From contig OW818668.1 in the NCBI GenBank assembly GCA_942493105.1, positions 1,110,001 to 1,142,000 of the forward strand: a DNA stretch of 32,000 nucleotides, written 5' to 3'. The notes beneath the pieces are model-generated. The model was not told the DNA's origin. It worked only from the letters and a program-made list of their open reading frames with translations, and made no database searches. Below are positions 7,983 through 17,070 of the stretch, in pieces; positions within the stretch are counted from its first letter, which is position 1; each line of letters starts with the position of its first letter. The position numbers and the translations under genes were made by a program. The stretch is from an uncultured Erysipelotrichaceae bacterium (GTDB taxonomy: Bacteria > Bacillota_I > Bacilli_A > Erysipelotrichales > Erysipelotrichaceae).

Positions 7983-9611
7983 ATGAAAAACTTATTTAAA
8001 AAAATCGCTATACTTGCTTTCGTTACACTATTGTCATTGACCACGGTTGCATGTACAAAAAAACCAGCTGTTGCAGTTACATTTACGTACGCAATCGGGG
8101 GTGAACCAGATGTACTTGATCCAGCGGTAGGATCAGATGCAGTTACATCTGCAATTACAAACCAAACATATTTCCCATTATTCTCGATTGGGGAAGACGG
8201 CTCATTGGTTAATGAAGCTGTTAAGAGTTACACAGTATCTCCAGATGGATTAACGTATACCTTTACGTTGGTCGACAAGAACTTCTGGTCAGATGGTAAA
8301 AAGGTTACAGCAGGGGATTATGTTTATGGTATGAAACGTGCAGTGGGTATGGGTGCTGCTGATTCTTACTATTCTTACTTTATTACCGATTACGTTCTCA
8401 ACGCTAAAAAACATGGTGTAGCTATGGCTGATGTCAAAGATATGACAGACATTGGGATTACTGCACCAAACGACACCACCATCGTGATCACATTGACAAA
8501 ACCAATCGTTTACTTCGTGAGCTTGATGACAGCGGGTGTATTCTTCCCATTACGCGCTGATTTCGCGACAGAACACAGTTCAGACTGGGCCCTTAAGGCA
8601 AATGTACCTACCAATGGTCCATTCCAGACAACTAAGGTTGATAGTGCTGATGAAATCGTCATGGTTAAGAATAAGTACTTTACATTTGCAGACAAAGTTA
8701 AGATCGATACATTGATTGCTAAAGTTATGCCTGATATGGATGCGCAATTACTTGCTTTCCAAAATGGTGAAATCGACATGGCAACTTCACTTAACTCTGA
8801 TGTTGCAACATTGTTCAAAGACAAACCAGAACTTCATGTTACAGCTTCGATCATCAATTACTATGTTATGTTGAATGCATATTCTGAAACTCAACCTGCT
8901 TTAAAGGACGTAAGAGTTCGTAAAGCTTTACAGTTGGCTGTCAATCGTGCTGATATCATTACGGCACTCAATGCAGGCAGCAAATTCTATCCTTTGTTTG
9001 GTTATGTTCCTAATGGGTTTAGTGGTCTTAATGGAGACTTCCGTGCTGAGCAAGATGCTTCTAACATTCTTGTAAAAACCAACATCGATGAAGCCAAAGC
9101 ATTATTGGCTGAAGCCGGTTATAACGATGCCAACAAGTTATCTTTCACTTACTACTACAACCAGAATGCGACTCATGATACTGTTGCTCAAGTATTGCAA
9201 CAGCAATGGGCTGCAATCGGTGTCAACGTTACACTAAAAACTGGTGAAATCAGAACATTCTTTGATGAACGTGCAAACGGCTTATTTGAAGCGGCTCGTG
9301 GAGCGATGTCTGCTGACTACATGGATGTTTCAACCTATTTAGATATGGCGACATCATGGAATCAAGCCGGCGTTTCTTGGGGTGATGCAACCTATGATGC
9401 TTTGATTCTTGCTACTCAAGCTGAAACAGATCCAGCAAAACGTTTACAACTTCTGCATGATGCAGAAACCTACTTGGTTCAGACACAAGCGTATACCATC
9501 CCATTGTTTGGTTACTCAAGTGTTTATTTGATCAAATCAGGCGTAACTGGGACCATATTCAATCCGCAAGGAAGCTTCTCGTTCTGGTATACCACAATCG
9601 CTAAGAAGTAG
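7983..9611 (+). CDS. oppA: Oligopeptide-binding lipoprotein (family 5 solute-binding protein, OppA type)
   Basis: The ORF track start at 7899 would overlap oppF by 73 nt. The ATG at 7983 follows GGAGGAGG (7971-7978). It gives a lipoprotein signal, MKNLFKKIAILAFVTLLSLTTVAC, with a V-A-C lipobox. Size and composition fit a family 5 SBP. Confidence 0.85.
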   Translation: MKNLFKKIAILAFVTLLSLTTVACTKKPAVAVTFTYAIGGEPDVLDPAVGSDAVTSAITNQTYFPLFSIGEDGSLVNEAVKSYTVSPDGLTYTFTLVDKNFWSDGKKVTAGDYVYGMKRAVGMGAADSYYSYFITDYVLNAKKHGVAMADVKDMTDIGITAPNDTTIVITLTKPIVYFVSLMTAGVFFPLRADFATEHSSDWALKANVPTNGPFQTTKVDSADEIVMVKNKYFTFADKVKIDTLIAKVMPDMDAQLLAFQNGEIDMATSLNSDVATLFKDKPELHVTASIINYYVMLNAYSETQPALKDVRVRKALQLAVNRADIITALNAGSKFYPLFGYVPNGFSGLNGDFRAEQDASNILVKTNIDEAKALLAEAGYNDANKLSFTYYYNQNATHDTVAQVLQQQWAAIGVNVTLKTGEIRTFFDERANGLFEAARGAMSADYMDVSTYLDMATSWNQAGVSWGDATYDALILATQAETDPAKRLQLLHDAETYLVQTQAYTIPLFGYSSVYLIKSGVTGTIFNPQGSFSFWYTTIAKK

Positions 9612-9618
9612 ACCATTA

Positions 9619-9650
9619 AGAGCCTAAGCTTCGGCTTAGGCTCTCATTTT
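9619..9650 (+). terminator. Rho-independent terminator/attenuator after oppA
   Basis: AGAGCCTAAGC (9619-9629), TTCG loop, GCTTAGGCTCT (9634-9644): a perfect 11-bp stem. It is followed by CATTTTAT. Confidence 0.8.
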
Positions 9651-9669
9651 ATGAAAGGAGTATTGAATC

Positions 9670-10857
9670 ATGAAGCTGGATCGTGAGAAGTGTCCTATTA
9701 TTTATCGCGTTATGAAAGAAAAATTGATTGATGCTTGGTTGATCGTAGGGCGTGAATCGATCATGAAGAAAGAGCCCATTTTACCAGTCTTAGGTGATTT
9801 GGATTTTATCATCGCGACCACCTTGATTTTTACTCAAGAAAAATTGATTGCGATCGTTTCACCGCTTGATGTCCAAGGTTATAAACTGATAGAAGGCATC
9901 GATGAGGTGATTGAATACAAGACCACCATGGAAGAAACAATCAAGACGGTACTCAAAGAGCTGAATCCAAAAAGATTGGCTTTAGATTACTCAAGTCATG
10001 ATGCCAGTAGTGATGGGTTGACCGTAGGATTTAAAATCATGCTGGATCGCGTTATAGATGATTTGGCTTTAAAAAGCGAGATCGTTAGTGCATCAAGCAT
10101 CATCAATAAAGTCAGAGGGATTAAAACATCCCAACAGATTGAAAAAATCAAAGATTGTGCCATTAAGGCAGATGAATACTTGAGAAAAGTTCCGAGTATT
10201 TGTCATCCAAATATGACCTCACTTGAAATCTTTAACTTTCTTCATCAGATTGCATATGATGAAGGATATGGGATGAGTTGGATCGATTCTCAATGTCCCA
10301 GTGTTATGGTAGACCCAAATGTTCCGCAAGGCCATGGTGGTATCACCGATACACCTTTAGTTAAAGGATATCTCATCAACATAGATTATGGAGTCAGTAA
10401 AGATGGATACTGCAGTGACTTACAACGTATGTATTATGTATTAAAGGATGATGAGACAGATGCCCCTTTAGCCATCAAACAAGCTTTTTATCTGGTAAGA
10501 GATGCGATAAGAGCGGCAAAAGACTTTATGCGTCCTAATGTCACCGGTTTTCAAGTCGATCAGATTGCCCGGCATATGATCGTTGATAACGGTTATGATT
10601 CATGGAATGCAGCTTTAGGTCATCAGGTGGGCCATGTGACACATGATGGGGGAACCATCTTAGCCAATCGTCGTCCCCGATATAATAAGCCAGAGCTCAT
10701 TGATACGCCTTTGGATGCAGGCAATGTCTTTACGATCGAACCAGGTATTACTGTTCCTGAAGGAAGAATTGGCATTGAAGAAGATGTCGTTATCACAGAA
10801 AATGGATGTGAATGGTTGGTTCCACCACAAGATGAACTCATTCTGATTAGAATTTAG
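9670..10857 (+). CDS. M24-family metallopeptidase (Xaa-Pro peptidase-like), type A paralogue
   Basis: 395 aa, SD AAAGGAG. NIDYGVSKDGYCSDLQR, LGHQVGHVTHDGG, FTIEPGI, GIEEDVVIT. Collinear similarity with 2931..4115 along the whole length. Confidence 0.9.
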   Translation: MKLDREKCPIIYRVMKEKLIDAWLIVGRESIMKKEPILPVLGDLDFIIATTLIFTQEKLIAIVSPLDVQGYKLIEGIDEVIEYKTTMEETIKTVLKELNPKRLALDYSSHDASSDGLTVGFKIMLDRVIDDLALKSEIVSASSIINKVRGIKTSQQIEKIKDCAIKADEYLRKVPSICHPNMTSLEIFNFLHQIAYDEGYGMSWIDSQCPSVMVDPNVPQGHGGITDTPLVKGYLINIDYGVSKDGYCSDLQRMYYVLKDDETDAPLAIKQAFYLVRDAIRAAKDFMRPNVTGFQVDQIARHMIVDNGYDSWNAALGHQVGHVTHDGGTILANRRPRYNKPELIDTPLDAGNVFTIEPGITVPEGRIGIEEDVVITENGCEWLVPPQDELILIRI

Positions 10858-10895
10858 TGCATCAACCTTCAGTTGAAGTAGATAAGGAGATTTGA

Positions 10896-12122
10896 ATGAA
10901 AGTTCGTAAATTAAAAGAACAATATCAAATTCTAGATGAGATCTTAAGTGAGAAGCTTGCTGATTTAGTTGGTCCTTTGATGCAAGAATGCAACATTGAT
11001 CTTTGGTTGATTCCAAGCAAAGAATACAATGAAGATCCACTCTTTGAGAAGTTGACCCCTAGTGGTTTTCCAACTGCTCGTCGACTCACCATACTTGCGT
11101 TACATCAAGACCAAGGAAAGTTAAGCACCTATAGTGTAAGTATGCGAGATCATAGTCTTGATGAATTTTATAAACCTGTTTGGGAGAAAGAAAAAGAAAG
11201 TCAGTTTCAAGCGCTTACACGTTTATTATCACAATTAAATCCAAAAACGATCGGATTAAATTACTCGTCCCATTATGCATATTGTGATGGAATGACAGTC
11301 GGTATTCTAGAAACACTTAAACAAGAATTACCAGTAGAATGGACGCAACGATTTGTTTCTGCGGAAGCATTAGGAGTTAGATTTCTTGAAACACGATCAC
11401 CTTTAGAAGAAAAATATTGGCCAGAAGTCATGGCTGTTGCCTTAGACATCATCCATTCGATGTATAATCGTGAAACCATCACGCTAGGAAAAACCACGTG
11501 TGCTGATTTAGAGTGGTTTATGATGGAACAAGTCAACCAAAGAGGCTTGGGTTTTTGGTTTCCACCAACTTTGGATCTGCAAAGAAAAGAGGGGCAATTT
11601 AGTGGTGATACACCCATTCTTGAGGGAGATTTGTTGCATTGTGATTTCGGGATCGAATATCTAGGATTATGCACGGACACACAACGCATTGCTTATGTGA
11701 AACGTTCAGATGAATCAAATATACCTTTAGCTTTAGTTAAAGGCATGCAACAAAATAATCGTTTCCAAGACATCGTCTGTGAGAACTTTAAAAATTCAAA
11801 GTCTGGGAATGATGTTTTTATCGCGTCAATGGCACAAGCAAAATTGGAAAACATCCGAGCTATGCTTTATACGCATCCTTTAGGTCTGCATGGACATGCA
11901 GCAGGGCCAACCATAGGTTTATACAGCGACCAAAATCCACAGCCCATCAAAGGAGATCTGTTGATTCATGATCGAACAGGTTATGCATTAGAACTCAATA
12001 CCATCATGAATATTGAGGGCTATGATAAACCAGTTGCTTTCTATACAGAAGAAAGTGTTTTCTTTATTGATGGGAAAGTTAAATATCTTGCTGAAGGACG
12101 AGAATTTATCAAAGTGATATAA
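10896..12122 (+). CDS. M24-family metallopeptidase, type C paralogue (poorly characterised clade)
   Basis: 408 aa, SD AAGGAG. LLHCDFGIEYLGLCTDTQR (Asp, Asp), YTHPLGLHGHAAGPTIGLY (His), YALELNT (Glu), FYTEESVFF (Glu). Paralogous to 14316..15680. Confidence 0.8.
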   Translation: MKVRKLKEQYQILDEILSEKLADLVGPLMQECNIDLWLIPSKEYNEDPLFEKLTPSGFPTARRLTILALHQDQGKLSTYSVSMRDHSLDEFYKPVWEKEKESQFQALTRLLSQLNPKTIGLNYSSHYAYCDGMTVGILETLKQELPVEWTQRFVSAEALGVRFLETRSPLEEKYWPEVMAVALDIIHSMYNRETITLGKTTCADLEWFMMEQVNQRGLGFWFPPTLDLQRKEGQFSGDTPILEGDLLHCDFGIEYLGLCTDTQRIAYVKRSDESNIPLALVKGMQQNNRFQDIVCENFKNSKSGNDVFIASMAQAKLENIRAMLYTHPLGLHGHAAGPTIGLYSDQNPQPIKGDLLIHDRTGYALELNTIMNIEGYDKPVAFYTEESVFFIDGKVKYLAEGREFIKVI

Positions 12123-12220
12123 AAGTCAATGATTGTCTGTGCAATTTGATAGACAGGATTATAATTAGAATGGCATCAATTCAGGGATGATATCCATGAT
12201 TAAAAAGAAAGAGGTGTAAG

Positions 12221-13657
12221 ATGGAATTTGATCTAACCAAACCGTATTGTCATTATTTTAATGAAATCTCAAAAATACCGCATGGTTCAAACAATGAAAA
12301 AGGCTTAAGTGATTATTTGGTCAATTTTGCCAAAGACTTGGGTTTGGCTTATCTGCAAGACGATATGTTCAATGTCATTATTTATAAAGCAGGGTCCAGT
12401 GGTTATGAGTCTAGCAAACCTTTGATGATTCAAGCTCATATGGATATGGTGTGTGAAAAAAATAAAGATTCCAACCATGACTTCTTAAAAGATCCTTTAA
12501 AACTTGTGGTCAAGGATGATTATTTATGGGCAGATGGAACAACACTGGGAGCTGATGATTGTACAGGTGTTGCCTATATGATGGCGATCTTAGCGGATAA
12601 GAATGGTGCTCATCCTCCTTTAGAGTGTGTTTTTACAGTTCAAGAAGAAACAGGTCTTTATGGTGCAATGAATTTAAAAGCCAAAGACATTCATGCGCGT
12701 CGTATGATTTCGCTGGATGGCGGAGGAGAGACAAATACTCTCTTGTCATCAGCCGGAGGATGCCGTGATAAAGTCGTAAAAACATTAGATTTTGAAGCCA
12801 ACACAAAACCAACTTTTAGATTGTCAGTCAAAGGATTGTTAGGTGGACACTCTGGTGGTGAAATCAATAAAGAAAAGGGAAACGCAAACAAATTGGTCAT
12901 GCGGCTCTTTAAAGAAACCTGTTTATTGGGACATGATTTACGAATTGTCAGCTATAACGGTGGATTAAAAGAAAATGCAATTCCTCGAGAAGCTGAAATA
13001 GAATTTGTTAGCTCTGATGATCTAAGTAAAATAAGAGAAAGTATTCTAAAAAGCGAAGCTGAAATCAAAGTTGAACTAGAATTTAGTGATCCTGGTTTTA
13101 AAGTTACGCTTGAAGAATTACCTGTTGCTTCAAAGTGTCTGACAAAGGTTTGCAGTACAGATGTCTGTGATTTTGTTTATCTGTTTCCTAATGGATTTAA
13201 AGCAAGATCGATGGCGATTCCTGGATTAACTTTGACTTCATTGAATCTTGGGGTCGTTGAAACAAGAGATAATCAGTTGATTCTATCTGTATCCATTCGA
13301 AGTGCCATCAAGAGTGGTATTGATAACTTGATTCGTGAAGTTGAATGTTTATGTCAGAGGTTTGACGCAACATATACCATTAGCGCCTTTTATCCCGGAT
13401 GGAACTACTCAAAAGTTTCACCGATGAGAGATGCATTAGGAGAAGTTGTAAAAAGCATCTACAATAAAGAGCTGGAACTTATTGCAGCGCATGGGGGAGT
13501 TGAGTGCGGTATTTTTAAAGCCATGCATCCTGATATGGATATTGTCTCTATTGGTCCTATCGCAAAAGATATTCATACACCAGACGAACGTCTAGACTTA
13601 GCTTCTTTTGATCGAACCTATACTTTACTGACTCAGTTTGTCAGCGTATGTAAATAA
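12221..13657 (+). CDS. pepD: Aminoacyl-histidine (Xaa-His) dipeptidase, M20C family
   Basis: 478 aa, SD AGAGGTG. The N-terminus ...YFNEISKIPHGSNNEKGLSDYLVNFAK, QAHMDMV, LGADDCTGVAYMMAIL and the ~480-aa length are the PepD signature. Confidence 0.9.
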   Translation: MEFDLTKPYCHYFNEISKIPHGSNNEKGLSDYLVNFAKDLGLAYLQDDMFNVIIYKAGSSGYESSKPLMIQAHMDMVCEKNKDSNHDFLKDPLKLVVKDDYLWADGTTLGADDCTGVAYMMAILADKNGAHPPLECVFTVQEETGLYGAMNLKAKDIHARRMISLDGGGETNTLLSSAGGCRDKVVKTLDFEANTKPTFRLSVKGLLGGHSGGEINKEKGNANKLVMRLFKETCLLGHDLRIVSYNGGLKENAIPREAEIEFVSSDDLSKIRESILKSEAEIKVELEFSDPGFKVTLEELPVASKCLTKVCSTDVCDFVYLFPNGFKARSMAIPGLTLTSLNLGVVETRDNQLILSVSIRSAIKSGIDNLIREVECLCQRFDATYTISAFYPGWNYSKVSPMRDALGEVVKSIYNKELELIAAHGGVECGIFKAMHPDMDIVSIGPIAKDIHTPDERLDLASFDRTYTLLTQFVSVCK

Positions 13658-13669
13658 AGGAGAAAAGAT

Positions 13670-14251
13670 ATGGGTAAGGGACTTGTTATCATTTTAAGTG
13701 GTGCATCGTCGGTTGGAAAAGGTTCCATTCGAAAAGAATTAATGAAAGATGCAAGTTTGAATTTGTTTTATTCGGTGTCAATGACCACTCGACCTAAAAG
13801 AGAAAATGAAGTTGATGGGGTAGATTATTACTTTGTGTCTCACAAAGGCTTTGCCCAAGCAGTACGTAATCGTGAATTACTGGAGTATACCGAATTTAAT
13901 GGATATTATTATGGAACGCCTAAATATCTTGTAGATTTTTTGGTAGATCAAGGTAAGAATGTACTCATTGAAGTAGAAGCTCAAGGCGTGGGTCCAATCA
14001 AACTCAACATTCCAGACTCATTGGCTTTCTTTGTGATGCCTAAAAGTTTTGAACAGCTAGAAAAACAAATCAATGAGATCTATAAGGATGATGAAGCATC
14101 TATAAGAAACAGACTTAATAAAGCAAAGATGGAAATGGAATTAGCCCCTTTGTTTAAGAATGTTGTCTGTAATGATAATATTGATAAGGCAATTGCTGAC
14201 ATCAAAGAAAAAATCCTGGAAGAATTATCTGTTAAAAATGCTCAAGAATGA
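13670..14251 (+). CDS. gmk: Guanylate kinase family protein (divergent LID region)
   Basis: 193 aa, SD AAGGAG. P-loop LSGASSVGKGS. GMP-binding motifs TTRPKRENEVDGVDYYF and EYTEFNGYYYGTP. IEVEAQGV is also present. The usual R-x-x-x-RGT(E/D) LID segment reads QINEIYKDDEA. Confidence 0.8.
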   Translation: MGKGLVIILSGASSVGKGSIRKELMKDASLNLFYSVSMTTRPKRENEVDGVDYYFVSHKGFAQAVRNRELLEYTEFNGYYYGTPKYLVDFLVDQGKNVLIEVEAQGVGPIKLNIPDSLAFFVMPKSFEQLEKQINEIYKDDEASIRNRLNKAKMEMELAPLFKNVVCNDNIDKAIADIKEKILEELSVKNAQE

Positions 14252-14315
14252 AATTGTTGATAAGTAAGATCAGTTTCATTTTATGGTGCTGAGATTTTGC
14301 ATAAAAGGAGAACAT

Positions 14316-15680
14316 ATGGCAACATCAAGAGAAAGTTTTTTAGTTGAGAATACGGTTCATGCTAGTGAATTGAAATCTAAGATCGTAACGTATCGTCAAC
14401 AAGAAAAAATTAGGAATAATTGGTTAAAAAAACGTCTTGAGACTGTTTTACCAATGGTCATGGAAAGAAGTGGCATCGATTTGTGGGTAGTATGTTGTAG
14501 AGAATACAATGAGGACCCTGTTTTAACCACCTTGGTTCCTTGTGCGATGATGAGTGCACGAAGAACGACCATACTGGTATTTCATCTAGGCGAAGATAAA
14601 AAAGTGCGCAGAATGGCTCTAACAAGACCTGGTGTAGGGCTTGATGATTATTATGAAGCCGTATGGGTCAATCCTAAAGGAGCCAATTGGTCAGATGGGA
14701 AATCACTTTTACCTAATGGTAAAATTGTTGAACCTAAAAATAAACCTGAAACACAATTTGAATGTTTGGCTAGAATCATCAAAGAATGTAATCCTAAAAA
14801 GATAGGTTTGAATACATCTAAAACCTTTGCTTTTGCGGATGGTTTAAGTAAACACTTATACGATGAGATGACTGCTGAATTCACAGACGATATGATTCGT
14901 AAAATCGTACCTGCAGATGAAGTTTGTGTCGGTTGGTTAGAAACTCGGACTGAAGAAGAATTGGCAGCTTATACCGGCATCATGCAAATTGCCCACAGTA
15001 TCATCGATGAAGCCTTTTCATCAAGAGTCATCATCCCTGGTGTCACCACCAATGCTGATGTGAAATATTTCATGCTGCAGCAAACATTCGACTTCGGTTT
15101 GCAGCCTTGGTTTGATTTCGAAGTTTCCATTCGCAGAGCCAATGTTGGTGAAATCTATCAAGAAGCCATCATCATGCCTGGAGATCTGTTGCATTGTGAT
15201 GTTGGGATCAGATATTTAAATCTATGTACAGATACTCAAGAGAATGCTTATGTTTTAAAGATGGATGAAGTGGATGCTCCAGATTATCTAAAAAAAGCAC
15301 TTAAAGTTGTTAATCGTCTACAAGACATTACGATCAGTCAATTTAAGACTAATTGTTCTGGCAATGACATTTTAAAAAATGCTAGAGCATTAGCCATAAA
15401 AGAAGGCATTGTACCTTGTATTTATACGCACCCCATTGGCTATCACGGACATGCTGCAGGACCCACCATAGGCTTGTGGGACATGCAAGGCGGTGTACCA
15501 GGCCAAGGCGATTATAAACTGTATGATAATACCTTATATTCACTCGAACTTAACGCAAAAGTTGAAGTACCAGAGTGGAATATGATCTTAACTCTTGGTG
15601 CAGAAACAGACATCATGTTTACCAATCAAACAGTTTACTATGTGGCAGGTCGGCAAGACAATTTCCATCTCATAAAGTAA
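14316..15680 (+). CDS. M24-family metallopeptidase, type C paralogue
   Basis: The ORF track gives 14283..15680. The ATG at 14316 (MATSRESF...) follows AAAAGGAG. LLHCDVGIRYLNLCTDTQ, YTHPIGYHGHAAGPTIGLW, YSLELNA, LGAETDIMF. Paralogous to 10896..12122. Confidence 0.8.
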   Translation: MATSRESFLVENTVHASELKSKIVTYRQQEKIRNNWLKKRLETVLPMVMERSGIDLWVVCCREYNEDPVLTTLVPCAMMSARRTTILVFHLGEDKKVRRMALTRPGVGLDDYYEAVWVNPKGANWSDGKSLLPNGKIVEPKNKPETQFECLARIIKECNPKKIGLNTSKTFAFADGLSKHLYDEMTAEFTDDMIRKIVPADEVCVGWLETRTEEELAAYTGIMQIAHSIIDEAFSSRVIIPGVTTNADVKYFMLQQTFDFGLQPWFDFEVSIRRANVGEIYQEAIIMPGDLLHCDVGIRYLNLCTDTQENAYVLKMDEVDAPDYLKKALKVVNRLQDITISQFKTNCSGNDILKNARALAIKEGIVPCIYTHPIGYHGHAAGPTIGLWDMQGGVPGQGDYKLYDNTLYSLELNAKVEVPEWNMILTLGAETDIMFTNQTVYYVAGRQDNFHLIK

Positions 15681-15681
15681 T

Positions 15682-16875
15682 ATGAAGAAAATATCCATCA
15701 ATAGAATGTTTTGGCTTATTGGATTGTATTCTGTATTTGCTAATTTGGCGCATCCAATTACCCCAACCTTTATTCAAGATTTAGGATTACACGATTATAT
15801 GTTTGGTGTTGCATTTGCCGCTATGGCTGCTGCGAATTTTGTATTTTCTCCTTTTTGGGGAAAGTTGTCTAAGAATATTGGGAGCAGTAGAATAATGGGG
15901 TTTGGTTTTATTGGTTATGGGATAGGTCAAGCTATTTTTGGATTATCCACCACTGAACTGGGTATCATCATAGGTCGAGCTGTAGCGGGTACTTTTATAG
16001 CCGCCATCATGGTCAATCAAATGATCTATATCATCGATAACAGCAGTCTTGAAGATCGCGGTAGAAATCTAGCCGTATCGGTTACGATCTTATCTGTGAT
16101 TGCTCCAATGGGTTATGTTATTGGTGGATTTTTAGGAGATTATTCAATCCCGCTTACCTTTATTCTGCAAGTCGTTGGCTTGTGTTTGATTGGGTTACTA
16201 AACTGGCTTGTTTTAGATGATCGTCCTATTCTTGAGAAATCGAATTGGTTAAAGATAGCCCAAGATTCAAATCCAATAAGGATCGTCTTTAATTCTAGAG
16301 GAATCATTACACCTTTACTGATTAGCTTTCTGCTTATTTCAACATTTACTTCATTTGCCAGTACCAGTTATGAACAATGCTTTAACTATTTTATTAAGGA
16401 TCAATATGGATTTCCACCCTCATATAACGGCATGCTAAAAGCTGTGATGGGATTTATTGTTTTGTTTGCCAATATGTCGATCGGAATGTGGTTGTTAAAA
16501 AAGACAAATATCAATAAGACCCTTACCTATGTGTTGATCAGTTGTACCCTTTTGATGCTTGGAATCATCATGATTGATGATATCATTCCATTTATTATTG
16601 TAAACATCATATTCTTTGGCTTTAATGCCATATCTTTACCTATGATGCAAAGTATTTTGGCGAAGTTTACCAAAACTGATGGAGGGGTAGTGGTCGGCTT
16701 ATTCAACTCAGTTCGTTCATTTGGAATGGTTGGCGGATCTTTATTTGCCGGTTTTATTTATGAATTTGGACCAAAATTATCATTTGTATCCAGTGGAATT
16801 GCATTTTTTATCAGTGTCATATTTGCTGTGATATTCTATCGACAGTCTAAAAAATCAAGTTTTGAGTTGGCGTAA
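15682..16875 (+). CDS. MFS transporter of unknown substrate; last gene of the peptidase array
   Basis: 397 aa and highly hydrophobic, with about 12 predicted TM segments by eye. Degenerate MFS motif A (WGKLSKNIGSSRIM). The start is 1 nt after the stop of the upstream M24 gene (TAAtATG), with no obvious SD. Confidence 0.75.
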   Translation: MKKISINRMFWLIGLYSVFANLAHPITPTFIQDLGLHDYMFGVAFAAMAAANFVFSPFWGKLSKNIGSSRIMGFGFIGYGIGQAIFGLSTTELGIIIGRAVAGTFIAAIMVNQMIYIIDNSSLEDRGRNLAVSVTILSVIAPMGYVIGGFLGDYSIPLTFILQVVGLCLIGLLNWLVLDDRPILEKSNWLKIAQDSNPIRIVFNSRGIITPLLISFLLISTFTSFASTSYEQCFNYFIKDQYGFPPSYNGMLKAVMGFIVLFANMSIGMWLLKKTNINKTLTYVLISCTLLMLGIIMIDDIIPFIIVNIIFFGFNAISLPMMQSILAKFTKTDGGVVVGLFNSVRSFGMVGGSLFAGFIYEFGPKLSFVSSGIAFFISVIFAVIFYRQSKKSSFELA

Positions 16876-16920
16876 AGACCTTTTCTAATAGAATAAATTC
16901 TTACGTTTTTAATAAACATT

Positions 16921-16948
16921 AAACAAAGCAAAAATTGCTTTGTTTTTT
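16921..16948 (+). terminator. Rho-independent terminator ending the peptidase/opp transcription unit
   Basis: AAACAAAGCAA (16921-16931), AAA loop, TTGCTTTGTTT (16935-16945), followed by TTT. Confidence 0.7.
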
Positions 16949-16989
16949 AGTAAAACAACTTTGTTTGAGCAAGTTAGTTCGTGAAAATC

Positions 16990-16998
16990 TGTTATAAT
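16990..16998 (+). promoter_or_regulatory. Extended -10 promoter element TGtTATAAT for the GGDEF/HD-GYP gene
   Basis: TG at 16990-16991 and TATAAT at 16993-16998, about 70 nt upstream of the GTG start. No good -35 at 17 bp, which is consistent with an extended -10 promoter. Confidence 0.35.
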
Positions 16999-17070
16999 TT
17001 ACTTAAATATTGAAGAAGTACAGTCTTATTTTTTAAATAAATAGTGAATGAATAACAAAGGGACCAACTT

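Noticed and set aside
12134-12155. TGTCT-N12-AGACA stem as a terminator after the 10896-12122 M24 gene; likewise the CTTC-agtt-GAAG stem at about 10868-10879.
   Set aside because: The stems are only 4-5 bp with no following T-tract, too weak for intrinsic termination. The first is kept only as a speculative split operator in the palindrome finding.
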